Positions 37,734 to 46,208 of a DNA stretch of 64,000 nucleotides are shown here, one piece after another (position 1 is the stretch's first letter; each line of letters opens with the position of its first letter). Source of the DNA: Candidatus Microgenomatus sp. (GTDB taxonomy: Bacteria; Patescibacteriota; Minisyncoccia; UBA6257; GWB1-50-10); contig DYGI01000001.1 of the NCBI GenBank assembly GCA_020724805.1, forward strand, positions 111,157 through 175,156. The letters are read 5' to 3'. A model generated the notes under the pieces. That model was given only the letters and a program-made list of their open reading frames with translations, searched no databases and was not told the origin of the DNA. A program made the position numbers and the translations under genes.

Positions 37734-37805
37734 GCCCTCGTCGTTCAATGGATAGGATATCTCCCTCCGAAGGAGGAGATGCTGGTTCGATTCCAGCCGA
37801 GGGCA
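37734..37805 (+). tRNA. tRNA-Arg(CCG)
   Basis: Acceptor GCCCTCG/CGAGGGC, anticodon loop CTCCGAA, GGTTCGATTCC T-arm; CCA not encoded. Confidence 0.95.
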
Positions 37806-37809
37806 CACA

Positions 37810-38436
37810 ATGGGGAAAATAGAAGAACTCCGCGCGCTTCAAGCGGAAATGGAAGAAGACAAAAAACTCCCCCTTCGGAGCGCGAATCTCGTGTTCGGCG
37901 AAGGGAGTCCTGATGCGGCCGTCTGTTTCATCGGCGAGGCGCCGGGCCTCACCGAAGACCAGCTGAAGCGCCCTTTTGTGGGGCGTGCAGGCCAGCTCCT
38001 CAATAAGCTCATTGAAGGGGTCGGATGGAAGCGCGAAGAGGTTTACATTACGAACATTGTGAAGCGGCGTCCTCCCGAGAATCGCGACCCGCTTCCCGAG
38101 GAAATAGAGGCATATCGGCCGTATCTCGCACGCCAAATCGCGATATTGAAACCCAAGATCATCGCGCCCCTTGGCCGCTTTTCCATGAACTATTTCCTTC
38201 CCGAAGCGAAAATAACGCGTGACCAAGGGAAATTGTTCCGCGTGGGAGACCATCTTGTATATCCGCTCTTCCATCCCGCCGCCGCTCTGAGGGGTACCGG
38301 CACCATGAACGCGCTCACCGAAAGCTTCCGGCGACTCCCCGATATTGTGAAACGGTATGAAGAACTTTTTGCAAAAGGAGCCGCCGCGCCTTCCAGTAAA
38401 GAAAATTTCTCTCAAACTTCGCTCTTCTCCTCGTAG
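37810..38436 (+). CDS. Uracil-DNA glycosylase family 4
   Basis: GEAPG, PFVGRAG, NRDP, HPAAAL. Confidence 0.93.
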   Translation: MGKIEELRALQAEMEEDKKLPLRSANLVFGEGSPDAAVCFIGEAPGLTEDQLKRPFVGRAGQLLNKLIEGVGWKREEVYITNIVKRRPPENRDPLPEEIEAYRPYLARQIAILKPKIIAPLGRFSMNYFLPEAKITRDQGKLFRVGDHLVYPLFHPAAALRGTGTMNALTESFRRLPDIVKRYEELFAKGAAAPSSKENFSQTSLFSS

Positions 38437-38444
38437 CGGGTATA

Positions 38445-38804
38445 ATGACGGGGATGGGCGCGGCACTTCTCTACATTGCCCGCCGTGCAGCGTATCGACT
38501 GGCGGAATTTTTCCGCCACTGGTACGTAAAGAGCGCGAAGATCTATTTTAACTTTGCGCTCGAGCGGCTTGAGCGGCTCGATTATTTCTTCGCGTGGCGC
38601 ATCACGGCACGGCATCTTTTTCATCCGCTCTATCGCGATTATTCGGTGGTCGGATATGTGCTCGGGTTTCTTTTCCGCAGCGTGCGACTTGCGCTTGCGA
38701 GCGCGGTGTACGCGGTTCTTTTTGCGATCGTAATAGGAGGATATGTCGTGTGGCTCCTTTTTCTGCCGCTTCTTCTCGTGGTGGCGTTCGCCCCTTCGCT
38801 ATGA
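38445..38804 (+). CDS. Small membrane protein coupled to the Clp ATPase
   Basis: FFRHWY, LFHPLY.D motif, C-terminal TMs, ATGA overlap with the next gene. Confidence 0.7.
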   Translation: MTGMGAALLYIARRAAYRLAEFFRHWYVKSAKIYFNFALERLERLDYFFAWRITARHLFHPLYRDYSVVGYVLGFLFRSVRLALASAVYAVLFAIVIGGYVVWLLFLPLLLVVAFAPSL

Positions 38805-41302
38805 CAGGAATATATTTCAAAGACCCTCGTTTCGGCTTCGACGCATTCGGTGAATTTTTAGTCCGTTTGTGCGCCGCGGTGGCATATACGGCGCTTGTGG
38901 GCGCCACAGCAACACTTCTTACTGCGGACGATGTGTCGCCACGCGCCCTCGGAGTCTTTATAGCGCTTTTCCTTCTCGACCGGCTTTTCCACTTCCGTGA
39001 AGGCGAACGCACTCTTGAGGAGTTGAAAGACGGCGCAGTGAACGTGAGGAAGGCGCTCACGCCTGCCGCATATCGCGTGTTTCGCAAATCATTCCGCCGC
39101 TCGCTTAACTCCGGGAAGAATTTCTCTCTCGCGCTCCTCAAGGAATTGGTGCGCCGTTCCGATATCAAGGAGTCGCTCCGGCGGCTCGATGTGAAGCCCG
39201 CCGTGTTTATGAAAGAAGTGGAAGATGCGCTTGCATCCGAAGAAGGAACCGCGAAACTTTCGCGGGATGAGCTTATGAAAGAGGCCGAAACGCTTGCGGT
39301 GCGTGCGTTTTATGCCGCGCGCGCCACGGAGGAGCGATTTGTAGAGCCGCGGAGCTTTTTCGCCGCACTCGCGGCACACCCTCGTGCCCCACTCCCAAAC
39401 CTTTTCGGCGTTCATGAGATAAGCGCCGAGGACGCGGTCGAAGCAGTGGTATTTGGGCGTTTCAGGCGAACTTTCGCAGGACTGCGGGGGCTTCCCGCAG
39501 TGTTGGGAGGATTTGCTCACCACACAAAAGCCCTTCGAAAACGCGCGATGAACCGCGCGTGGACCGCGCGTCCGACCCCGACCCTGGATCAATATGGCGC
39601 GGACCTTACCAACCTCGCGCATCACGAAGAAGTGGGTTTTTTGATAGGACACGAAAAAGAGTTCGAACACCTTCTTCAGATACTCGCGCGCCCGGGGAAA
39701 CCGAACGCGCTTTTGGTGGGAGAGCCAGGCATCGGAAAATCCACCCTCATTGCGCACCTTGCTTTCCGCATCATCAAGGACCGTGTGCCGCCCGCACTGT
39801 TCGATAAGCGACTCATAGAGCTTCATGTGGGCGCCATGGTGGGAGATGCGACTCCGGAAGTTGCCGCGGGGCGCATGAAAGCCGTGGTGGAGGAAATACT
39901 CGCCGCGGGAAATATCGTGCTTTCCATTCCGAATGTTCATGAGCTTTTCCGCGCGAGAGATAAAGCGGGGGTAGACCCAATCGATATTCTTCTTCCGGTC
40001 TTGGGGAGCGGCACCATTCCCGTTATCGCCGAAACGTTCCCGAAGGAATTCAAGCGAGTGGTGGAAATGCGCTCGGACTTCATGGAACAGTTCGAAACGG
40101 TGGATGTGGAAGAAATAACGCCCGCCGAAGCGACGCGGTTTTTGACCTACACCTCGCTCCTCCTTGAACGCGAGTTTGACCTTGCCATCACATTTCGTGC
40201 GGTGCGCAAAGCGGTTGAACTCGCGCATCGTTACTTCGGTTCGCGGGCCCTTCCCGGGAGCGCCCTCGATCTTTTAAAGCAGGCGCTCGCGAAAGCGGCG
40301 AGCGAAGGAGCAAAAGAGCTTCGCGAATCGCACATCATTGCGGTAGCGGAGCGGCAGTCGAAAATTCCCATAGAATCTGCGGGCGGAAAGGAAGCGGAAA
40401 AACTTCTCAACTTGGAGAACATTATCCATGAACGTCTCGTGAACCAAGAAACCGCAGTGAAAGCAGTATCGCGCGCGCTTAGGGAATATCGGAGCGGCCT
40501 CTCACGCCGCGGTGGCCCCATCGCCACATTTCTGTTCGTGGGCCCCACCGGAGTAGGGAAGACGGAGCTCGCAAAGATACTTACCAAGGTTCAATTTGGC
40601 ACCTCTTCGGCAATGCATCGGTTCGACATGTCTGAGTATCAGACGAAGGATTCCATCCAGCGTTTCATCGGGAACCCGGATGGGTCGACGACCGGCGCCC
40701 TCACAGATGCGGTGCGCGCGCTTCCCTACGCACTCATTCTCCTCGACGAGTTTGAAAAGGCGCACCCCGACATCTTAAATCTATTCCTGCAGGTTTTCGA
40801 CGACGGGAGGCTTACCGACAGCTTGGGTCGTACCGCGGATTTTTCGAATACCATCATTATCGCGACTTCGAACGCCCATTCCGACTTTATTAAGGAGGAA
40901 ATCGAGAAGGGGAAGAAGAGCGTCGACATCGCCGAGGAGCTCAAAAAGCGTCTCACGGCGTACTTCAAGCCGGAGCTTATCAATCGTTTTTCTGATATTA
41001 TTGTGTTCCGGAATCTCGTGCCCGCGGAGGTGAAGCAGATATGTGTGTTTCTTCTCAAAGAAGTTACGGATACGCTCCGTGAAGCGCATGGGATAGATCT
41101 TACCGTCGATGATTCCGCGACCACGCGTATCGCTGAGCTCGGGTGGAGCCCGGTATTCGGCGCACGCCCACTTCGGCAGACCATTTCGGAACACGTACGC
41201 GGCGTGCTCGCCGAGAAACTTTTGAAACGTGAACTTACGCGCGGTATGAGAATTATGCTCACGTACGAACACGGCGCATTCGCATTTTCCCCTAAGCAAT
41301 AA
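38801..41302 (+). CDS. Clp/Hsp100 ATPase with N-terminal TM segments
   Basis: GEPGIGKS, GPTGVGKTE, RFDMSEY, LDEFEKAH, FKPELINR, FGARPLR. Confidence 0.9.
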   Translation: MTGIYFKDPRFGFDAFGEFLVRLCAAVAYTALVGATATLLTADDVSPRALGVFIALFLLDRLFHFREGERTLEELKDGAVNVRKALTPAAYRVFRKSFRRSLNSGKNFSLALLKELVRRSDIKESLRRLDVKPAVFMKEVEDALASEEGTAKLSRDELMKEAETLAVRAFYAARATEERFVEPRSFFAALAAHPRAPLPNLFGVHEISAEDAVEAVVFGRFRRTFAGLRGLPAVLGGFAHHTKALRKRAMNRAWTARPTPTLDQYGADLTNLAHHEEVGFLIGHEKEFEHLLQILARPGKPNALLVGEPGIGKSTLIAHLAFRIIKDRVPPALFDKRLIELHVGAMVGDATPEVAAGRMKAVVEEILAAGNIVLSIPNVHELFRARDKAGVDPIDILLPVLGSGTIPVIAETFPKEFKRVVEMRSDFMEQFETVDVEEITPAEATRFLTYTSLLLEREFDLAITFRAVRKAVELAHRYFGSRALPGSALDLLKQALAKAASEGAKELRESHIIAVAERQSKIPIESAGGKEAEKLLNLENIIHERLVNQETAVKAVSRALREYRSGLSRRGGPIATFLFVGPTGVGKTELAKILTKVQFGTSSAMHRFDMSEYQTKDSIQRFIGNPDGSTTGALTDAVRALPYALILLDEFEKAHPDILNLFLQVFDDGRLTDSLGRTADFSNTIIIATSNAHSDFIKEEIEKGKKSVDIAEELKKRLTAYFKPELINRFSDIIVFRNLVPAEVKQICVFLLKEVTDTLREAHGIDLTVDDSATTRIAELGWSPVFGARPLRQTISEHVRGVLAEKLLKRELTRGMRIMLTYEHGAFAFSPKQ

Positions 41303-41304
41303 AT

Positions 41305-41934
41305 ATGTTCACGAATATCAATCGGGTGGTAAAAACGTTGGTCACGGTGGATTTTTTCTACAACAGCGCGTTCGGGTCGTTCGGGCCCGTATTCGCCATT
41401 TTCATCGCGGGCGGTATCGAAGGCGGCTCAGCGGCGGTGGCGGGTCTCGCCACCACCACGTATTGGGTGGTGAAATCGCTGGCACAGCTTCCTATCGCGC
41501 GCTTTTTGGATAAGACCGATGGGGAGCGCGACGATTTCTGGGCGCTGTTTTTCGGATATCTCGCGAGCGCGTTCGTTCCGTTCGGATATCTTTTCGCTAC
41601 CGCCCCGTGGCACCTCTATGTCCTCCAGGGATTTTTGGGCCTCGCAATGGCATTTGCGGTGCCTGGGTGGTATGCCATTTTCACGCGCCACGTGGACAAG
41701 TGGCGCATCGGATTCGAATGGAGCTTGCAGAGCGTGTTTGCGGTGGGTATGGCCTATGCGCTTGCAGCCGCTATTGGTGGTTTTGTGGTGGACGCGTTCG
41801 GGTTCCGCATTCTTTTCACGCTCGCGGGATGCCTGGCGCTCGTCGCCTCGTTCCTGCTCCTCCCGCTTCGCAAGCACCTCATTGCGCGGGAACGTCCGGG
41901 GTCGGCGTTACCTGAGCAAATAAAGCATCGTTAG
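41305..41934 (+). CDS. Half-size MFS transporter-like protein
   Basis: About 6 TM, ARFLDKTDG motif A-like. Confidence 0.7.
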   Translation: MFTNINRVVKTLVTVDFFYNSAFGSFGPVFAIFIAGGIEGGSAAVAGLATTTYWVVKSLAQLPIARFLDKTDGERDDFWALFFGYLASAFVPFGYLFATAPWHLYVLQGFLGLAMAFAVPGWYAIFTRHVDKWRIGFEWSLQSVFAVGMAYALAAAIGGFVVDAFGFRILFTLAGCLALVASFLLLPLRKHLIARERPGSALPEQIKHR

Positions 41935-41941
41935 AAAGAAC

Positions 41942-42469
41942 ATGACCGAGCGGCGCGAAATATCGGCGGGAATGATCATTTATCGGCGTACCCGCGAGGG
42001 ACCGAAATTCCTTTTGCTCTATAGCGGCGGCTCGTACTGGAATTTTCCGAAAGGAAAGCTCATCGAAGGGGAGCGTAATTTCAGAGCGGCGCTTCGGGAA
42101 GTGGAAGAGGAAACGGGCATTGCGCCGCGCGACCTCCAATTCAAAAGCCATTTTAAAGTGGAAGACCACTTCACGTACGTGCGGAACCGTGAGAAGATTA
42201 GAAAAACCGTTACCTACTATCTCGCGGAAACGCGCAAACACGAAGTGCGCCTCAAAATAGTTCCTCCCGGGCATCAAGGGGAGAGACACGAAGGGTACGG
42301 ATGGTTCACACTGCGGGACGCCTCGAAATTCCTTCGCACCCCGAATCTCAAACGACATCTGAAATATGCCTACGACACCATCGTTCGTCGAAAAAGTGCA
42401 CCGTCTCGCCCGCGCGATTCCCAGGGGGCGAGTCGCGACGTACGCGGACCTCGCCCGCAAGCTTCGTAA
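41942..42469 (+). CDS. NUDIX hydrolase (Ap4A hydrolase-like)
   Basis: WNFPKG...GE...AALREVEEETG Nudix box. Confidence 0.9.
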   Translation: MTERREISAGMIIYRRTREGPKFLLLYSGGSYWNFPKGKLIEGERNFRAALREVEEETGIAPRDLQFKSHFKVEDHFTYVRNREKIRKTVTYYLAETRKHEVRLKIVPPGHQGERHEGYGWFTLRDASKFLRTPNLKRHLKYAYDTIVRRKSAPSRPRDSQGASRDVRGPRPQAS

Positions 42470-42671
42470 CCCGCGCGCGGTCCGCGCGGTGGGGAACGCC
42501 CTGAATAAAAGTCCGGGGATGCCACGGGTTCCTTGTCATCGCGTGGTCCGTTCGGATGGCTCGGTGGGCGGTTTTGCCTCCGGCACGAAGGCGAAGGTGA
42601 AGCTTTTGATGAAAGAAGGGGTTCGCGTGGAAAAGGGGAAAGTGGACCTTGTGCGGTTCCGTATGAGGTAA
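42366..42671 (+). CDS. MGMT/Ogt family DNA alkyltransferase
   Basis: GRVATY, RAVGNAL, PCHRVV active site. Confidence 0.92.
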   Translation: MPTTPSFVEKVHRLARAIPRGRVATYADLARKLRNPRAVRAVGNALNKSPGMPRVPCHRVVRSDGSVGGFASGTKAKVKLLMKEGVRVEKGKVDLVRFRMR

Positions 42672-42718
42672 AAAAAGAGTCCAGCGGGCGCTCGCATCGA
42701 GGGCCGTACGCTGGACTC
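42670..42718 (-). terminator. Intrinsic terminator
   Basis: GAGTCCAGCG/CGCTGGACTC stem followed by 7 U on the minus strand. Confidence 0.7.
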
Positions 42719-42885
42719 GCAGGTTCTCCGCTTCTGCGGAGGCTCCGGATTGCTTCGGAGCGAAGCGTGTGGTGGAGAGGGCTTCGTTCCCCACGGACGA
42801 GGAAAAACGCTCTCCACGCGTTTGGGACGGCCGGCGATGAATGAGTGCCGGCGAGTCAAGGAACAATGCTCGGAGGACCGAGCGC
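42670..42885 (-). ncRNA. Candidate structured non-coding RNA, family unrecognised
   Basis: TTGACG-N17-TATCGT upstream, six consecutive hairpins, terminator, no credible ORF; strand not certain. Confidence 0.45.
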
Positions 42886-43035
42886 TATTACGATATTCCC
42901 GCTCGCGTTATCCGTCAAACCAAAAGCCCCGAAGGGCTTCTATCGGTGCAGTCCAAAGGACTGCATTCAAACTGGTGCGCCCGGTGGGGCGCGCGTTATC
43001 GATATAACCGCCACGGTGCCGCAGGGCGGCCGGTT

Positions 43036-43380
43036 TTACCGCACTGTTGCTACGATTTTCTTGAATACCGCGGGCTCGTCTTTCGCGAGCATGGCGAGCA
43101 TTTTCCGGTCCAGCTTCACCCCCTTCTTTTTCATTGCCGAGATGAGCGTGCTGTACTTCATCCCCGCCTCGCGTGCTCCGGCGTTCACCCGCGTGTTCCA
43201 AAGCGCCCGGTATTCCCGCTTCTTCTCTTTCCGGCCCTTGAAGCTGCGGCTCCACGCGTGGAGGAGCGCTTCCTTTGCGAGGCGCTCTTTGGATCGGCGG
43301 CCCCACTTGAAACCTTTCGTGTGTTTCAGGACTCGCTCGCGTTTCTTGTGTGCAATTTTCCCACGTTTTACGCGCGTCAT
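43036..43380 (-). CDS. rplT: 50S ribosomal protein L20
   Basis: MTRVKRG, RALWNTRVNA, LDRKMLA. Confidence 0.97.
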   Translation of the reverse strand: MTRVKRGKIAHKKRERVLKHTKGFKWGRRSKERLAKEALLHAWSRSFKGRKEKKREYRALWNTRVNAGAREAGMKYSTLISAMKKKGVKLDRKMLAMLAKDEPAVFKKIVATVR

Positions 43381-43386
43381 ATTTTA

Positions 43387-43566
43387 TTAAAGGTATTTTC
43401 TTATCATTTTCGCGCCGTCATCCAACCCGCGCGAAAGACTTTTTCGGCGCATCTGCTTCGAGCTTTTGTTCCCGCGTGAGTGGCCGAGCGCCATCGCGCG
43501 ACGAACCACTTTTCCGCGCTTGGTGACGCGAATCCGGTCTCTTACGCTTTTTCGTGTTTTAGCCAT
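43387..43566 (-). CDS. rpmI: 50S ribosomal protein L35 (not in ORF track)
   Basis: Manual translation MAKTRKSVRDRIRVTKRGKVVRRAMALGHSRGNKSSKQMRRK...; between infC and rplT. Confidence 0.9.
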   Translation of the reverse strand: MAKTRKSVRDRIRVTKRGKVVRRAMALGHSRGNKSSKQMRRKSLSRGLDDGAKMIRKYL

Positions 43567-43567
43567 A

Positions 43568-44077
43568 TTATTTCTTCTTCTCTATTTGAGTAACAAATCC
43601 GCGTCCCGCAAATTTCGGCTCCATCGTCATTACGTGAGGCACTGTTATCATCGGGAGAAAACCTTTGAGTTTCTGAAGCCCCCATTCTTTGTTTCCTTTT
43701 TCGCGGCCACGGAGGAATATCATTACCTCCACTTTGTGTCCCTCTTCCAAAAATTCCGCCGCCTTTTTCGCCTTCACCTCAAGGTCATTTTTTGCGGCGC
43801 GTGGAGTGATGCGCACATGCTTCAACTCCATCACCTTCTCCGCATGCCGTTGTTTCTTCGCTTCCTTCTCCTTCTCGTACCGGAACTTATCGTACGAGAG
43901 GATGCGGGCCACCGGGGGAGTTACGGTCGAGGTAACCTCGATAAGGTCCAACCCCTGTTCGGAGGCTTTTTTGAGCGCCTCCCCAAAGGAGAGCACGCCG
44001 AGGTTCTTGCCGTCCGCGTCTATCACCCGAAGTTCCCGCGCGGTTATTTGATTATTTATTCGGTAGCGGATGCCGAT
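43568..44077 (-). CDS. infC: Translation initiation factor IF-3, non-canonical ATC start inferred
   Basis: Frame extends upstream to ATC-GIRYRINNQITARELRVID; DLIEV, PPVARI, RGRE. Confidence 0.93.
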   Translation of the reverse strand: MGIRYRINNQITARELRVIDADGKNLGVLSFGEALKKASEQGLDLIEVTSTVTPPVARILSYDKFRYEKEKEAKKQRHAEKVMELKHVRITPRAAKNDLEVKAKKAAEFLEEGHKVEVMIFLRGREKGNKEWGLQKLKGFLPMITVPHVMTMEPKFAGRGFVTQIEKKK

Positions 44078-44110
44078 ATGGTATGATAGGCACTGAGAAA
44101 AGTAAACCCC

Positions 44111-44422
44111 ATGAGAATTTCTGCGCCTGCGGTGACCAAATATATGAAATACGTGCTCGGGTTTATCGAGCTCTTCCTCGGGTTTCGCGTGCTCCTCATG
44201 TTCCTCAAAGCGAGCGATGTGGCGCCCATCGTGGACCTGCTCTATCGCGTGACGGACGTTATTATGGTGCCTTTCGCGGGCATCTTCCGGGATATCGCCC
44301 TTCGGAATGGGAGCGTTATTGACTTGAATGCACTTTCTTCAATGGTGGGGTACCCCATCGTGCTTTACCTTTTGAACGAATTGCTCCACCTCATCGCGAA
44401 AGACGAACCGTCGAAGCGATAA
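44111..44422 (+). CDS. YggT-like membrane protein
   Basis: LGFRVLL, YRVTD...PFAGIF, IDLNAL. Confidence 0.75.
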   Translation: MRISAPAVTKYMKYVLGFIELFLGFRVLLMFLKASDVAPIVDLLYRVTDVIMVPFAGIFRDIALRNGSVIDLNALSSMVGYPIVLYLLNELLHLIAKDEPSKR

Positions 44423-44462
44423 AAAAAGAAAAGGGCGCAACCAGAGTATGGTGCGCCTTTTC
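44421..44462. terminator. Bidirectional terminator
   Basis: A-run, AAGGGCGCA..TGCGCCTTT stem, T-run. Confidence 0.65.
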
Positions 44463-44596
44463 ATGATGAGAGAAATTCATTTGTGCAACTTTGCGAGTTG
44501 CGTATAGTGAGCTTACGCTCGAAGGACGGTATTCCCTTGTTCGCGTACCGATATTAGTATAGCAATCCTTCGCGGCGCGTATTGTGGATAACTTTT

Positions 44597-44627
44597 AAAC
44601 AAAAAGAGCCCGATGTATTGGGCTCTT
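44597..44627 (-). terminator. Terminator of tmk
   Basis: AAGAGCCC/GGGCTCTT stem with U tail on the minus strand. Confidence 0.65.
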
Positions 44628-44650
44628 CGCAAACGTGAAACCGATTCCTA

Positions 44651-45328
44651 CTACAGATCTTTCGGGAGCAAAGGCATGATGGCCGCCTGTACGCCGAGGA
44701 AAACCTCTTCCTCGGATTGCTCCGCGTTCACCACCGCGACCTTGCCGGCAAAGGGGCCGATGTAACGCGCCTTGAGGTAATTCGCGCGTGCCTTCTCGAG
44801 CCTTTCCTTTTTCTCGAAGAACTCGGTGTGGTCGCGCCCTTTTGCGATGCGCCGTATCGCTTCCTCGGCCGAGAGGTCGAGCAAGATGGTGAGGTCGGGC
44901 CAAATCATCTGCGGCCCGACGACGTCCTCGTGGAGCTTGATGAAGTCCTCCGGTGGCCGCCCCGAGAGCATCCCATAGGCGACCGTGGAGAGCGCATAAC
45001 GCTCTTTGAGGTACGGGCACGGAATTCCGAGCTTCGCGCGCTTTTCAAAGAGCGGGCGCATGAAGCAGGCGATCAGTTCCGCGCGGTTCAGGACGTAGAT
45101 GCGCTGGAATTCGTACGGATCCTCCGGGCGAGGGAGCTCACCCTTCAACATCTTCCGGATGGTCCTTCCGAGCGGGGTGCCGGAATCCGGGTCATCGCTC
45201 GGCTCGCTTGAGAACGGGACCTCGTAGTTGGTGAGTTCCCCGAGCCAGTCCCGTACCTTGTGCATCTGCGTCCACTTTCCCGCACCGTCGATGCCCTCAA
45301 ACGCGATGAGTAATCGTAGCGGTTCCAT
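44651..45328 (-). CDS. tmk: Thymidylate kinase
   Basis: FEGIDGAGK, ERYALSTVAYG, PDLTILLD; AAGGAGG SD before ATG 45328. Confidence 0.9.
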   Translation of the reverse strand: MEPLRLLIAFEGIDGAGKWTQMHKVRDWLGELTNYEVPFSSEPSDDPDSGTPLGRTIRKMLKGELPRPEDPYEFQRIYVLNRAELIACFMRPLFEKRAKLGIPCPYLKERYALSTVAYGMLSGRPPEDFIKLHEDVVGPQMIWPDLTILLDLSAEEAIRRIAKGRDHTEFFEKKERLEKARANYLKARYIGPFAGKVAVVNAEQSEEEVFLGVQAAIMPLLPKDL

Positions 45329-45394
45329 GCCGCCTCCTTGTGATTTGGTGATTGGTTCGTGCTCCCTCCGTTCTAACGGAGAATAGGGGAAAGC

Positions 45395-45420
45395 ACAAGA
45401 CCGCCTTTCGGCGGTCTTGT
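45395..45420 (-). terminator. Hairpin terminator after tmRNA
   Basis: 11-bp stem ACAAGACCGCC/GGCGGTCTTGT with GAAA loop on the minus strand. Confidence 0.7.
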
Positions 45421-45423
45421 TGA

Positions 45424-45742
45424 TGGTGGACATGGTCGGAGTCGAACCGACGTGTAACGCTTTCGGTAAAAAGCCCTCTACAAGCTTATTTCTCTTACGA
45501 GAACAAATGGTTCGTAATTTTGCGCTCCGCTACTGAACCGTCTTACGGAGCGCGAGCCTCATTTATTACACCGGAGAACCCCTATGAGGCGTCGGGAGCC
45601 GATGTCCTACTTACGCGAAAGCGTAAGCGGGAGCTGCAACTTTAGAGTTGGCAGTTTTAGGTTTGACCATGGATTTACGAGCGAATGGTCGGCTCGGCCT
45701 GCAAGCTCTCTACTTCACGCGCTAACAAGGCCCGTCATGCCC
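45424..45742 (-). ncRNA. ssrA: tmRNA, tag ANSKVAAPAYAFA
   Basis: Acceptor GGGCATG/CATGTCC-ACCA with G3:U, T-arm GGTTCGACTCC, tag ORF 45652-45611, begins 1 nt after the smpB stop. Confidence 0.95.
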
Positions 45743-45743
45743 G

Positions 45744-46181
45744 TCAGCTATGTGCGCGGCGAAGCTCTCGCTCCACATCACGCTTTTTAATGACCTCGCG
45801 CTTGTCGTGCTTCTTTCTCGCCTTTCCGAGTCCAAGCTCGATTTTCACCAGCGCGCGGTGAGTATACACCTTCAAGGGAATTAGCGTCAAACCACTTTCC
45901 AATTTACCCGTCAAGTAACTGATTTCTTGGCGCGAGAGGAGCAGTTTCCGCGTCCGCGACTCATCATACCCGTCGGGCGCGTTCCCAGGCTGGAATGAGT
46001 GAATAGAGGCCCCTACGAGGTATGCCTCGCCGCCCCGGATGACCGCGCGGGCGCCCGCGAGGTCCATCCGCCCGAGCTTCGCGGACTTCGTCTCGTGGCC
46101 CGTCAAAACCACGCCCGCGACATATGTTTCCTGTATGTCGTAGTCAAACCGCGCCTGCCGATTTTCTGATAACGTCGCCAT
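45744..46181 (-). CDS. smpB: SsrA-binding protein
   Basis: ENRQARFDY, AGVVLTGHETKS, RTRKLLL, KKHDKRE. Confidence 0.97.
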   Translation of the reverse strand: MATLSENRQARFDYDIQETYVAGVVLTGHETKSAKLGRMDLAGARAVIRGGEAYLVGASIHSFQPGNAPDGYDESRTRKLLLSRQEISYLTGKLESGLTLIPLKVYTHRALVKIELGLGKARKKHDKREVIKKRDVERELRRAHS

Positions 46182-46208
46182 CACTTTTCAGCGTACTATA
46201 CTGAACCT

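Noticed and set aside
42366-42469. 104-bp NUDIX/MGMT overlap as a programmed frameshift
   Set aside because: MGMT has its own ATG, the NUDIX tail looks like a run-on, and no slippery site is evident
42672-43035. RNase P RNA (size fits, GAGGAAA present)
   Set aside because: No GAGGAAAGTCC continuation and no 3' ACAGAA..CGGCTTA on either strand
42750-43479. ORFs 42750..43007, 42841..43479, 42845..43390 and 42908..43306
   Set aside because: Shadow frames over rplT and the GC hairpins, with no protein-like features
45366-45381. CTCCGTTAGAACGGAG (minus strand) resembling collapsed ends of the 32812 element
   Set aside because: Match is too short and is equally explained as a leader hairpin
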